In this document: positions 37,356-45,344 of the stretch, in pieces | How the letters are laid out: every line of letters begins with the position of its first letter | Numbering within the stretch: the first letter of the stretch is position 1 | Assembly: GCA_945486035.1 (NCBI GenBank) | Contig: CALYTB010000001.1 | Coordinates: 1,846 to 65,845, forward strand | DNA length: 64,000 nucleotides | Source of the DNA: an uncultured Clostridia bacterium | GTDB lineage: Bacteria; Bacillota; Clostridia; Oscillospirales; Oscillospiraceae | Direction: 5' to 3' | Translations under genes and position numbers: made by a program | Notes under the pieces: generated by a model | Told to the model about the DNA's origin: nothing | What the model saw: the letters and a program-made list of their open reading frames with translations, nothing else | Database searches by the model: none

Positions 37356-38858
37356 TTGGAGATGCAGTTTCAAAACGTGGCTTGTTCCTGCCTGGATAGC
37401 TGTCTTCGGGAGGTTCAGAATTCGGAAGGGACACTGGAGATCCGTGTGCCGGATGGGATGCCGGATATCGGAAAGATCCTTGCCGCCTGGGGGCAGCCCA
37501 TCCTGAGGGGGAAGGAATGGAGAAGTGAGAGCATATCCTTTTCCGGCGGGATGATGGTATGGGTCTTGTACGCTCCTGAGGATGATTCGCCGGTTCGATG
37601 CCTGGAAGGGTGGATTCCCTTTCAGATGCGGTGGGAGCTGCCGGGGGATACCCGGGACGGGCAGATGCGCGTTGATTTGTCCGCCCGTTTCGTAGATGCC
37701 CGTTCCATATCCGCGAGAAAAATCATGGTCCGTGCAGGGCTTTCGGCATTGGCAGAGGCCTGGGTTTTGGGGGAAACACAGCTGTTTTCACCGGATTCCG
37801 TTCCCGGGGAGGTGGAGCTGCGAAAACAGCGTTTCCCGCTGCGGCTGAGGAAGGAGGCAGGAGAGAAAACCTTCCTCCTCAGTGAAGAGCTCACCGTTCC
37901 GGGCTCCTCGCCTCAGCCTGAAAAAATCCTGTGCTGTCTGCTCAGACCGGAGATTACGGAGCAAAAGGTTCTTGGTAGCAAAGTGGTGTTCCGGGGAAAC
38001 GGGAATCTGCATATGCTCTGCAGCGCCGAGGATGGAAAGATTAACAGTCTGGATTTTCCGCTTGCCTTTTCCCAGCTGGCGGATCTGGAGGAAAGCTATT
38101 CCGGCGATGCTCAGGTAAGCATTCACCTGTGTGCCACGACCCTGGAGCCGGAAATCGATGACGAGGGGATGCTGCGTCTGAAAGGAGCCCTGGTTGCCCA
38201 ATATCTGGTTGAGGATATTCAGACGGTAGAGGTGGTCACAGATGCCTACAGTCCGGGAAGAGATCTGGAAAAGGAGGTCCGGGAGCTGCGGCTTCCGGTA
38301 ATTCTGGACAGCCGTCAGGAGAGCTATTTCGTGGAGCAGACCCTTCCTGTAAAGGCTTCCGGTGCTTTGGATGTACAGCTTCTGGCAGATTTCCCGGAAA
38401 TCCGACGGGATGGGGAGGATGCGCAAATCAGGCTGCCCGGTTCTATGCAGATGCTTTACCAGGATGAGAAAGGGAGCGTGCAGAGCGCTTCGGCACGATG
38501 GGAGGCCAGAAGCAGCCTGCACGCCGACGCAGACGCCCGGGTTTGTGCCCAACCGCTGAAAACACCCGAGCCTCAGCTGCTGATGGGCGGGGATCGCGTG
38601 GATGCGCGCTGGGAGATCCCGCTGGAGCTTGTAACCACGGGGTATACGCAGATTCCCATGGTTACGGGGCTTCAGCTGGGGGAAGCGCGCAAGCCCGATC
38701 CCAACCGCCCCTCGCTCATCCTGAAACGGGTGGGGACCGACGGCTTGTGGGAGATTGCCAAGAGTACCGGCTCCACCATGGAGGCCATTCGAAAAGCGAA
38801 CGGGATTCGGCAGGAGCCGGAGCCGGGACAAATGCTCCTGATCCCGGTGGGAATGTAA
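37356..38858 (+). CDS. SipL-like spore coat morphogenetic protein (DUF3794/SPOCS repeats plus C-terminal LysM)
   Basis: IRVPDGMPDIGKIL repeat start; C-terminal LWEIAK...STMEAIRKANG...PGQMLLIP LysM. Confidence 0.75.
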   Translation: MEMQFQNVACSCLDSCLREVQNSEGTLEIRVPDGMPDIGKILAAWGQPILRGKEWRSESISFSGGMMVWVLYAPEDDSPVRCLEGWIPFQMRWELPGDTRDGQMRVDLSARFVDARSISARKIMVRAGLSALAEAWVLGETQLFSPDSVPGEVELRKQRFPLRLRKEAGEKTFLLSEELTVPGSSPQPEKILCCLLRPEITEQKVLGSKVVFRGNGNLHMLCSAEDGKINSLDFPLAFSQLADLEESYSGDAQVSIHLCATTLEPEIDDEGMLRLKGALVAQYLVEDIQTVEVVTDAYSPGRDLEKEVRELRLPVILDSRQESYFVEQTLPVKASGALDVQLLADFPEIRRDGEDAQIRLPGSMQMLYQDEKGSVQSASARWEARSSLHADADARVCAQPLKTPEPQLLMGGDRVDARWEIPLELVTTGYTQIPMVTGLQLGEARKPDPNRPSLILKRVGTDGLWEIAKSTGSTMEAIRKANGIRQEPEPGQMLLIPVGM

Positions 38859-38872
38859 CAGGGTAGAGCGGT

Positions 38873-39102
38873 AAATTGTTGTTTGAAAAGATATGCTGTC
38901 ATTGCGAGCCAGTGCGCATACTGGCGTGGCAATCCCCCGGTTGAATGGTACCAGGTAACGATTACCATTAAAAATGCCATATTTTCTACTCTGTTGGGCA
39001 AATATCGATACATTTCCCTTCTAACCGGGGGATTGCCACACCAGTCTGCGGACTGGTTCGCAATGACAGGAAATTTGAAACGCGTGGTATAAACAACAAT
39101 TT
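38873..39102. repeat. IR-bounded palindromic element, copy 6 (family A)
   Basis: Perfect 12-bp terminal IR; TGTCATTGCGA doublet. Confidence 0.9.
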
Positions 39103-39166
39103 ATGCTGTCTGTACAATAACGTGGCTATCTGAGAGTTTCCTGAAATGAACAACCTGCCTGCGTGC

Positions 39167-39241
39167 AAAAAACGCCGTTCCGGGGGAGATCCGGGACGGC
39201 GTTTGAGCAGGCTGTCGCGTTGGGGGAAGAAACGCCTGCCT
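39167..39241 (-). ncRNA. Candidate small RNA with C-rich loops
   Basis: Minus-strand TTGCTA-18-TAAGCT, hairpin with UCUUCCCCC loop, then GC-rich terminator plus U6. Confidence 0.3.
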
Positions 39242-39333
39242 GAAAACAGCTTAGCGAAAACCGTTTGTCATTAGCAAGGGGAATCTGTCGAAGCGATAGA
39301 TGGGGAAGGAAAGAAGTTTTATTGGTTTTGCGC

Positions 39334-39362
39334 TTGTCATGGAGCCGGTTTGGTGGTATAAT
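39334..39362 (+). promoter_or_regulatory. sigmaA promoter of the COG0523 operon
   Basis: TTGTCA-17 bp-TATAAT with extended TG. Confidence 0.7.
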
Positions 39363-39397
39363 ATCCGGTAGAAATTTTATATAGAAGGTGTAAATCC

Positions 39398-40552
39398 ATG
39401 ACAAAAATTGACATTTACTCCGGCTTCCTGGGAGCCGGCAAGACGACTCTGATCAAGAAGATGATCAAAGAGGGCTATCAGGGTGAGAAGCTGGTGCTCA
39501 TTGAAAACGAGTTCGGGGAAATCGGTATCGACGGTGGTTTCCTGCAGGATGCGGGGATCAACATCACCGAGATGAATTCCGGTTGCATCTGCTGCTCTTT
39601 GGTGGGTGACTTTGGGAAGGCGCTGGTCAAGGTCATTAACGAGTACCATCCCGACCGGATTGTAATCGAACCCTCCGGCGTGGGCAAGCTGTCGGATGTT
39701 ATCGGCGCGGTGAAAAAGGTAATGACTCCGGAGGTAACCCTGGATCATACCGTGGCTGTTGTGGACGCGGGCAAGGTCAAGGTGTATATGAAGAACTTTG
39801 GTGAGTTCTACAACAATCAGGTGGAAACCGCCTCCGCCATTATCCTGTCCCGTACCGATTCCGTTCCTCAGGCCAAGCTGGATACCGCTGTGGCCATGCT
39901 GCGTGAGCACAATGACAAGGCTGCCATCGTAACCACTCCCTGGGGCCAGCTTACCGGCACTCAGCTGATGGAGGCGATGGACGGACAGTCTTCCCTTGCC
40001 CGGGAGCTGGCTCAGCTGGTGGAGGAGCATCATCATGACCACGATGATGACGAGGACGACTGCGGCTGCCACAACCACGAGCATCATCACCACGACCACG
40101 AGCATGAGCATCACCACCACGAGCATGACGGAGAATGCTGCTGCGGTCATCATGATCATGAGGAACACGAGCACCACCACGATCATGAGGAACACGAGCA
40201 TCACCACGAGCATGACGAGCACTGCACCTGCGGCTGCCACGACCATGATCACGATCACCATCATCACGATCATCATGCCGACGAGGTGTTTGCCTCCTGG
40301 GGCGTGGAAACTGCCAGAAAGTTTGACCGCGCGGCGGTGGAGGATGCTCTGAAGGAACTTGATTCCGGGAAATACGGCGCGGTCCTTCGTGCCAAGGGCA
40401 TTCTGGCCGCGGCGGACGGAAGCTGGATTCACTTTGACTATGTTCCCGGGGAGATCAATGTGCGCACCGGAGGCGCGGACATCACCGGAAAGCTCTGTGT
40501 TATTGGTTCCAAGCTGGACGAGCAGGGGATTGCGGCCCTGTTTGGGGTGTAA
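39398..40552 (+). CDS. COG0523/CobW-family metallochaperone GTPase with long His-rich insert
   Basis: SGFLGAGKTT, ENEFGE, GCICCS, IEPSG, RAKG; about 85-aa His/Asp/Glu/Cys tract. Confidence 0.92.
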   Translation: MTKIDIYSGFLGAGKTTLIKKMIKEGYQGEKLVLIENEFGEIGIDGGFLQDAGINITEMNSGCICCSLVGDFGKALVKVINEYHPDRIVIEPSGVGKLSDVIGAVKKVMTPEVTLDHTVAVVDAGKVKVYMKNFGEFYNNQVETASAIILSRTDSVPQAKLDTAVAMLREHNDKAAIVTTPWGQLTGTQLMEAMDGQSSLARELAQLVEEHHHDHDDDEDDCGCHNHEHHHHDHEHEHHHHEHDGECCCGHHDHEEHEHHHDHEEHEHHHEHDEHCTCGCHDHDHDHHHHDHHADEVFASWGVETARKFDRAAVEDALKELDSGKYGAVLRAKGILAAADGSWIHFDYVPGEINVRTGGADITGKLCVIGSKLDEQGIAALFGV

Positions 40553-40555
40553 GCC

Positions 40556-41500
40556 ATGCAGCAGATTCCTGTTTATGTCTTTACCGGATTCCTGGACTCC
40601 GGGAAAACGAAGTTTATCCAGGAAACCCTGGAGGACCCCCGGTTCAACGCGGGGGAGCGCACCCTGCTGCTCATTTTTGAGGAGGGGGAAGAGGAGTATG
40701 ATTTCTCCGCCTACCCCCACCAGAATGTCTATATGGAGGTGCTGGATCAGCAGACGGTGGCCACAAAGGACCTTCAGGCCCTGGCGAAAAAATACAAGGC
40801 GCAGCGGGTGGTGGCGGAGCTCAACGGCATGCAGCAGGTGGGCGACCTCTATATGCGCTTCCCGGAGAACTGGGCGGTTGCCCAGGAGGTTATGTTCGCT
40901 GACTCTACGACCTTCCTGGCCTACAATGCTAATATGCGCAATCTGGTGATGGACAAGCTGGTGGGTGCTCAGATGGTGGTATTCAACCGGATGACACCCG
41001 GACAGGATGTCATGCCGCTGCATAAGCTTGCGAGAGCGGCCAACCGCCGGATTGACATCCTCTACGACTACACCGACGGAACCACGCAGATGGACGATAT
41101 TGAAGATCCGCTGCCCTTTGACATCAATGCGCCGGTGATCCAGGTCCTGGATCAGGACTTCGCGCTTTGGTATCGGGATGTGACCGAGGAACCCGAGAAA
41201 TATGACGGGAAAACCGTCTGCTTCAAGGCCCAGGTGGCAATGCTTCGCCGGAACAAGGATGGTATGTTCGCTCCGGGACGGTTTGTCATGACCTGCTGTG
41301 TGGAGGACATTCAGTTCTGTGGAATTCCCTGCCGCTATGCGGATGCGGCCGGTCTGGAATCCCGTTCCTGGGTGATGGTCACCGCGAAAATCAGCGCCGA
41401 AAAGCACCCGCTGTACAAGGGGGATTTGGGGCCGGTGCTGACCGCTATTCGGGTGGATCGGGATGCTGAGCCCGCCGACCCGGATGTGGCTACGTTCTGA
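40556..41500 (+). CDS. Degenerate P-loop GTPase partner with C-terminal GRFVMTCC domain
   Basis: FTGFLDSGKT; GRFVMTCCVEDI; co-operonic with the COG0523 gene. Confidence 0.75.
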   Translation: MQQIPVYVFTGFLDSGKTKFIQETLEDPRFNAGERTLLLIFEEGEEEYDFSAYPHQNVYMEVLDQQTVATKDLQALAKKYKAQRVVAELNGMQQVGDLYMRFPENWAVAQEVMFADSTTFLAYNANMRNLVMDKLVGAQMVVFNRMTPGQDVMPLHKLARAANRRIDILYDYTDGTTQMDDIEDPLPFDINAPVIQVLDQDFALWYRDVTEEPEKYDGKTVCFKAQVAMLRRNKDGMFAPGRFVMTCCVEDIQFCGIPCRYADAAGLESRSWVMVTAKISAEKHPLYKGDLGPVLTAIRVDRDAEPADPDVATF

Positions 41501-41535
41501 CTGTTTCCCAAGGAGCCTGCGTTTTTTGATACAGC

Positions 41536-41567
41536 AAAACCTCCGGGATGAATTCCCGGAGGTTTTT
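41536..41567. terminator. Bidirectional terminator
   Basis: AAAACCTCCGGGA / TCCCGGAGGTTTT between convergent genes. Confidence 0.8.
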
Positions 41568-41581
41568 GTAAGTGTGAGCAA

Positions 41582-42160
41582 TCAGGTGTCCATGTCCTGA
41601 ACCTTGATGTTTTTTCCAAAATAGGCCTGAATATAGCTGATGAAGGAGAAAACCAGAAAGCCTGTGTCCACCAGGGCGATGGCAGTGACAGCATTGTGAG
41701 GAAGGCCGGGGAGCAGCACCAGAGCAATCAGGCTGACAAACAGAACGGTGGTGCAGATTTTGCCTGCCATCAGCGCTCCGGGAAGCATTTTCCCTTTGCG
41801 GAAATGGATGATGCCCACGATGAGCTGGAAGCCTTCCTTGATCACAAACAGGATCAGCACCGGACGAAGCACCGGATAGTTCATGGACAGGCACAGGGTC
41901 AGGGTGAACTGGGTTGCCTTATCCGCCACCGGGTCCAGGACCTTACCCACGGTAGAGATCATGTGATAGCGACGGGCAATTTTTCCGTCAATCAGATCGG
42001 TGATGCACGAAACCGCCAGAATGGCACCGGCGGTGAAATAATGCCAGCTTTCCACAGCATTCATGTAGACATTCATGTACACCGGAATCAACGCCAGCCG
42101 GAAAAGGCTCAGAAGATTCGGGATGGTGAATATTTCCTTTTTCCAGTCTTTGATATGCAT
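41582..42160 (-). CDS. CDP-alcohol phosphatidyltransferase (PgsA-like)
   Basis: TIPNLLSLFRL, TDLIDGKIARR...GKVLDPVADK signature. Confidence 0.9.
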   Translation of the reverse strand: MHIKDWKKEIFTIPNLLSLFRLALIPVYMNVYMNAVESWHYFTAGAILAVSCITDLIDGKIARRYHMISTVGKVLDPVADKATQFTLTLCLSMNYPVLRPVLILFVIKEGFQLIVGIIHFRKGKMLPGALMAGKICTTVLFVSLIALVLLPGLPHNAVTAIALVDTGFLVFSFISYIQAYFGKNIKVQDMDT

Positions 42161-42313
42161 GGATCGTTCCTCCGGTTGGCAGCCGGAGTACCGGGCTTGC
42201 CGCATTGGGTATATTATAGACAATATTGCAGATTTTATCAAGTATGGGATGCGCTGGAATGAGAAAATTCATAAAATGGAAATATTTGAATAGCGTGACG
42301 AGTCTGTGTAAGA

Positions 42314-42545
42314 AAATTGTTGTTTACAACACTTGTTTTAGATTACCTGTCATTGCGAACCAGCGCGCCGGCTTCAGTGGCAATCCCCCGGTTAGAGAGG
42401 AAATGTATCGACAATTGCCCTGCGGCGTGGGAAACGTTACGATTTGTGGTTGAAATCGTTACCTGATTCCTTCCAACCGGGGGATTGCCACGGAAGTCCT
42501 GCGCACTGGCTCGCAATGACAGAAAAAACGTACAAACACCAATTT
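42314..42545. repeat. IR-bounded palindromic element, copy 7 (family A)
   Basis: AAATTGTTGTTT...AAACACCAATTT; TGTCATTGCGA doublet. Confidence 0.9.
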
Positions 42546-42586
42546 GACGTTTCGGATATGGACCGATGCGTATGGGGAAATGCGCT

Positions 42587-43120
42587 CTATCTGCCTGGGG
42601 CGGAACGGGTGGCGGCGAGGGGATATTGCAGGGCAAGATGCTTCCAGGTGACTTTGTCCATTTCTCCGGTCATGGGCAGGGCGCTGAGGCTTTGCAGCAT
42701 TGCGATGGCATCCGATGTGGCATCATCCAGAAGTCCGCTGTGAGTGGGACTGGGGATGCTGTGGTAGACCTCTGACAGTACGGCAAGCATGGCCTGCACC
42801 AGATACACATGGGGATTGCACTGCCCCTTGCACAGAACCTGACCGGACTCCAGAATAATATCCAGGGGCTGAGCGGAGGTTACCCGGATCAGAGCAGGAT
42901 GATAATGGGCAACGATGGTTTCCCAGGTGGGAAGGTCTGTCACCCCGGTGACACCCAGCCCGTGGCGGCGCTGGAAATGGGAAACTGCTGCCATGGTTTC
43001 CGGGCCGTAGATGCCGTCGGGCACCAGAGAAGGATGGCTGGGGTCATCCTCGGCAATGACACGGAGCATGGCCTGAAGCGCCCGGATGGGCTGCCCAACA
43101 AAGGATTCGGTTGGCCTCAT
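42587..43120 (-). CDS. Peptidoglycan-binding domain protein (sleC operon)
   Basis: PDGIYGPETMAAVSHFQ...TGVTDLPTW; second PG-binding repeat; ATGA coupling. Confidence 0.85.
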   Translation of the reverse strand: MRPTESFVGQPIRALQAMLRVIAEDDPSHPSLVPDGIYGPETMAAVSHFQRRHGLGVTGVTDLPTWETIVAHYHPALIRVTSAQPLDIILESGQVLCKGQCNPHVYLVQAMLAVLSEVYHSIPSPTHSGLLDDATSDAIAMLQSLSALPMTGEMDKVTWKHLALQYPLAATRSAPGR

Positions 43121-44343
43121 CGTACTACCTCCTGGCTGACGGGATCCTGATTCCCCATACTTAAGTCGCCGCCGGGGAATTGGGTCATGGTTGAGGTGCG
43201 GGAATAGCGGTTCCTGGGGTTATTTCCTCCGACGATTTGGGAGGTAAAGGGGAAGCTTTCGGGGTCCCTCCAGGAGATGGTTTCGATGCCGGAGAACTGG
43301 TCGTAGATTTCGTCCCAGGTTTCCGCGTTGACAACCCCTGTCTGGGGGAGTCCGAAGCGGCGCTGCGCGGCAAGCACCGCGTTCTCCGTGGCCGCGCCGA
43401 AGATTCCGTCCACAGTCAACGGGGGGATCTCTCGGATATAAGCGGAGAGGACGGAGAGCATGTATTGCAGATGCTCCACCTTGACCCCGGTATCTCCCCG
43501 TCGGATGGGATTGGTGGTTGCCCAGGAGATGGAATAGAACCGCTGGCCCTGGCTGTGCAGCTCCGAAAGGGAGGTAACGGCTGTGTAAATCCGGACGAGC
43601 GCGTACCAGGTGGCCTTGCCTACCACACCGTCCGGCTCCAGATCAAAGACCTCCTGGAACCTGCGGACCGCGGCCTCGGTCTGCGCACCAAAAATTCCGT
43701 CCACCGGGGAGATTTTCGGGATGGATGGGTAGTTCTGGGAGATCCGGTTCAGAGATGCCTGAACCACCACCACGCTGGGGCCGGAGAAGCCCCGGCGAAG
43801 GGCGATGCCGGGATAGGAGGAGGTAATACCCCGGATGGGAGCATCGGTGACGATTTCCACGTTCCCATAGTAGCTTCTGAGAATCTGGGTGGAGTTGTAG
43901 CCCTGCTTGGCAAGGTTTTGACTGCCCCACTGGCTCAGGCCTTCGCAGGTGACGGTGGTCCCGTTGCAGAATTTGGCAGCCAACGGCTCCACAAAGCCGG
44001 GACGGCGGAGATAGTCGTTGAAAAGATCGTCCACCAGCTGGGCTACATTTGTGAAATAGCTCCTGCCGTTGACGAAAAACTGATCGTAGGCGGTGGAGCT
44101 GGTGATATCGAAATTGTAGCCCCGGCTGCGGTAAAACTCGGTGTAGACCCTGTTCAGGGCAAAGGAAACGATGGCGAGGATATTGGCCCGGAGGGCGCTT
44201 TCCTCCCAAGTGGGATAGATTTCACTGGAGGCTACATTTTTGACATAGTCGACAAAGCTGACGGTTACGTTCTGTGCATTGGAGTCCGGGGCACCCAGGT
44301 GCACCGTGATTCGCTGGGGTACGTATGGTGTTACAGGGGGCAT
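43117..44343 (-). CDS. sleC: SleC-like spore cortex-lytic enzyme (catalytic domain plus two PG-binding domains)
   Basis: ITVHLG, DYVKNVASSEIYPTW, NRVYTEFY, ITSSTAYDQ, LSQWGSQ, DGIFG repeats. Confidence 0.85.
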   Translation of the reverse strand: MPPVTPYVPQRITVHLGAPDSNAQNVTVSFVDYVKNVASSEIYPTWEESALRANILAIVSFALNRVYTEFYRSRGYNFDITSSTAYDQFFVNGRSYFTNVAQLVDDLFNDYLRRPGFVEPLAAKFCNGTTVTCEGLSQWGSQNLAKQGYNSTQILRSYYGNVEIVTDAPIRGITSSYPGIALRRGFSGPSVVVVQASLNRISQNYPSIPKISPVDGIFGAQTEAAVRRFQEVFDLEPDGVVGKATWYALVRIYTAVTSLSELHSQGQRFYSISWATTNPIRRGDTGVKVEHLQYMLSVLSAYIREIPPLTVDGIFGAATENAVLAAQRRFGLPQTGVVNAETWDEIYDQFSGIETISWRDPESFPFTSQIVGGNNPRNRYSRTSTMTQFPGGDLSMGNQDPVSQEVVR

Positions 44344-44352
44344 AGGCACCTC

Positions 44353-44733
44353 CTACAGATTCTGCGGCGGGGTATTGAAGATAACATTCTGGCTCCAGTT
44401 CTGAGGAAGCTCCGCCAGGGGGATCATTTCAAGATTCTGCAAGGTGGTGGTGTCCGCAAAAACCTGAAGGTTCTCCGATTCAATCTGCTCATAGCCCTTC
44501 AGATGGGCATATAGATTCACGGAGGTAAAGGGCTTCTCCCCGGGGTCAGGTGATTGGCTCTGCGCCAGATCGGGTACAGGGACCGCAATGGGCGCAATCT
44601 GGCCGCTGCGGTCCGTCAGACGGAGCGCAATGGCCGTTCCGTCGGTGGAGGTGACGGCAATCGCCACATTTTCCAGGGGAAGCTGGGCGTAGCTGGAGTA
44701 GGCGTGGACCTGTATGTAGCCTGTGGCAGGCAT
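44353..44733 (-). CDS. Stand-alone SleC N-terminal (pro-region-like) protein
   Basis: GYIQVHAY...LPLENV...TDRSGQ...SQSP...QVFADTTTLQ resembles the pro-SleC N-terminal domain; AAGGAGG RBS. Confidence 0.7.
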   Translation of the reverse strand: MPATGYIQVHAYSSYAQLPLENVAIAVTSTDGTAIALRLTDRSGQIAPIAVPVPDLAQSQSPDPGEKPFTSVNLYAHLKGYEQIESENLQVFADTTTLQNLEMIPLAELPQNWSQNVIFNTPPQNL

Positions 44734-44761
44734 AGAATCCCTCCTTATCATGTTCAGGACT

Positions 44762-44789
44762 ATGATATGCGAAGGAAGGGGATTCGGTT
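44762..44789 (-). promoter_or_regulatory. Putative sigmaK promoter of the sleC operon
   Basis: AACC-16 bp-CATATCAT fits the mACm-16-CATAnnnT consensus. Confidence 0.6.
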
Positions 44790-44808
44790 CCTCCACAGAT
44801 TGCTTTTG

Positions 44809-45237
44809 CTACAGGAAGCTCTGCATTTGCCGGATTCCGGCGTTCTCGCAGTCCAGCAGCTTCTGGGACAGGGTTCTCAGCTTGTCGTCCGGGTGGGGGA
44901 ACTGATGGAGGTTTTTCAGTCCCTTGATCATCCCTTTGGTATTTCCCTGGATCATCATATCCGCGATCCGGGAGTCGCAGTTGCCCCGGCTCAGCTTCAT
45001 CCGGGTCATGGCATCCGTCATGAAGCGCAGAGCGGGGTCCAGCTCCTCCACCTCCCAGCCCCGCTGTGAGGCGATGGCGTGGGCTTCGCTTTCGATGGCA
45101 TCGTATTCCCGCAGCTGGGCTTCCAGTGCCTTGCGCAGCCCGGGGCGCATGCTGGAGTTCAGACAGCTGCGGATTCCCAGCTGTCCCATTTGTGTGGTCT
45201 TGAGAAGGGAGGATAAGATTTCTTTCCCGTTTTTCAT
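44809..45237 (-). CDS. Small helical (ferritin-like fold?) protein, probably spore-associated
   Basis: 142-aa amphipathic ORF; sigmaG-like GTATG-17-CATACTG at 45255-45283. Confidence 0.65.
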   Translation of the reverse strand: MKNGKEILSSLLKTTQMGQLGIRSCLNSSMRPGLRKALEAQLREYDAIESEAHAIASQRGWEVEELDPALRFMTDAMTRMKLSRGNCDSRIADMMIQGNTKGMIKGLKNLHQFPHPDDKLRTLSQKLLDCENAGIRQMQSFL

Positions 45238-45344
45238 GCTGCATCACCTGGGTGCAGTATGCCCCGGTTGAAAGAATTCATACGCCCTCGTATAGATCTG
45301 CTTTCCGCCACATAGGATATTCGGACGGAAAGGATGTGGTGGAT

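Noticed and set aside
39253-39273. Possible Zur/Fur operator upstream of the COG0523 operon
   Set aside because: Only a weak partial palindrome; it does not match the Zur or Fur consensus convincingly.
44353-44355. Pyrrolysine or amber read-through at the in-frame TAG in the sleC locus
   Set aside because: No pyl genes in view, and the TAG overlaps a strong RBS correctly spaced to a downstream ATG, which favours two genes.
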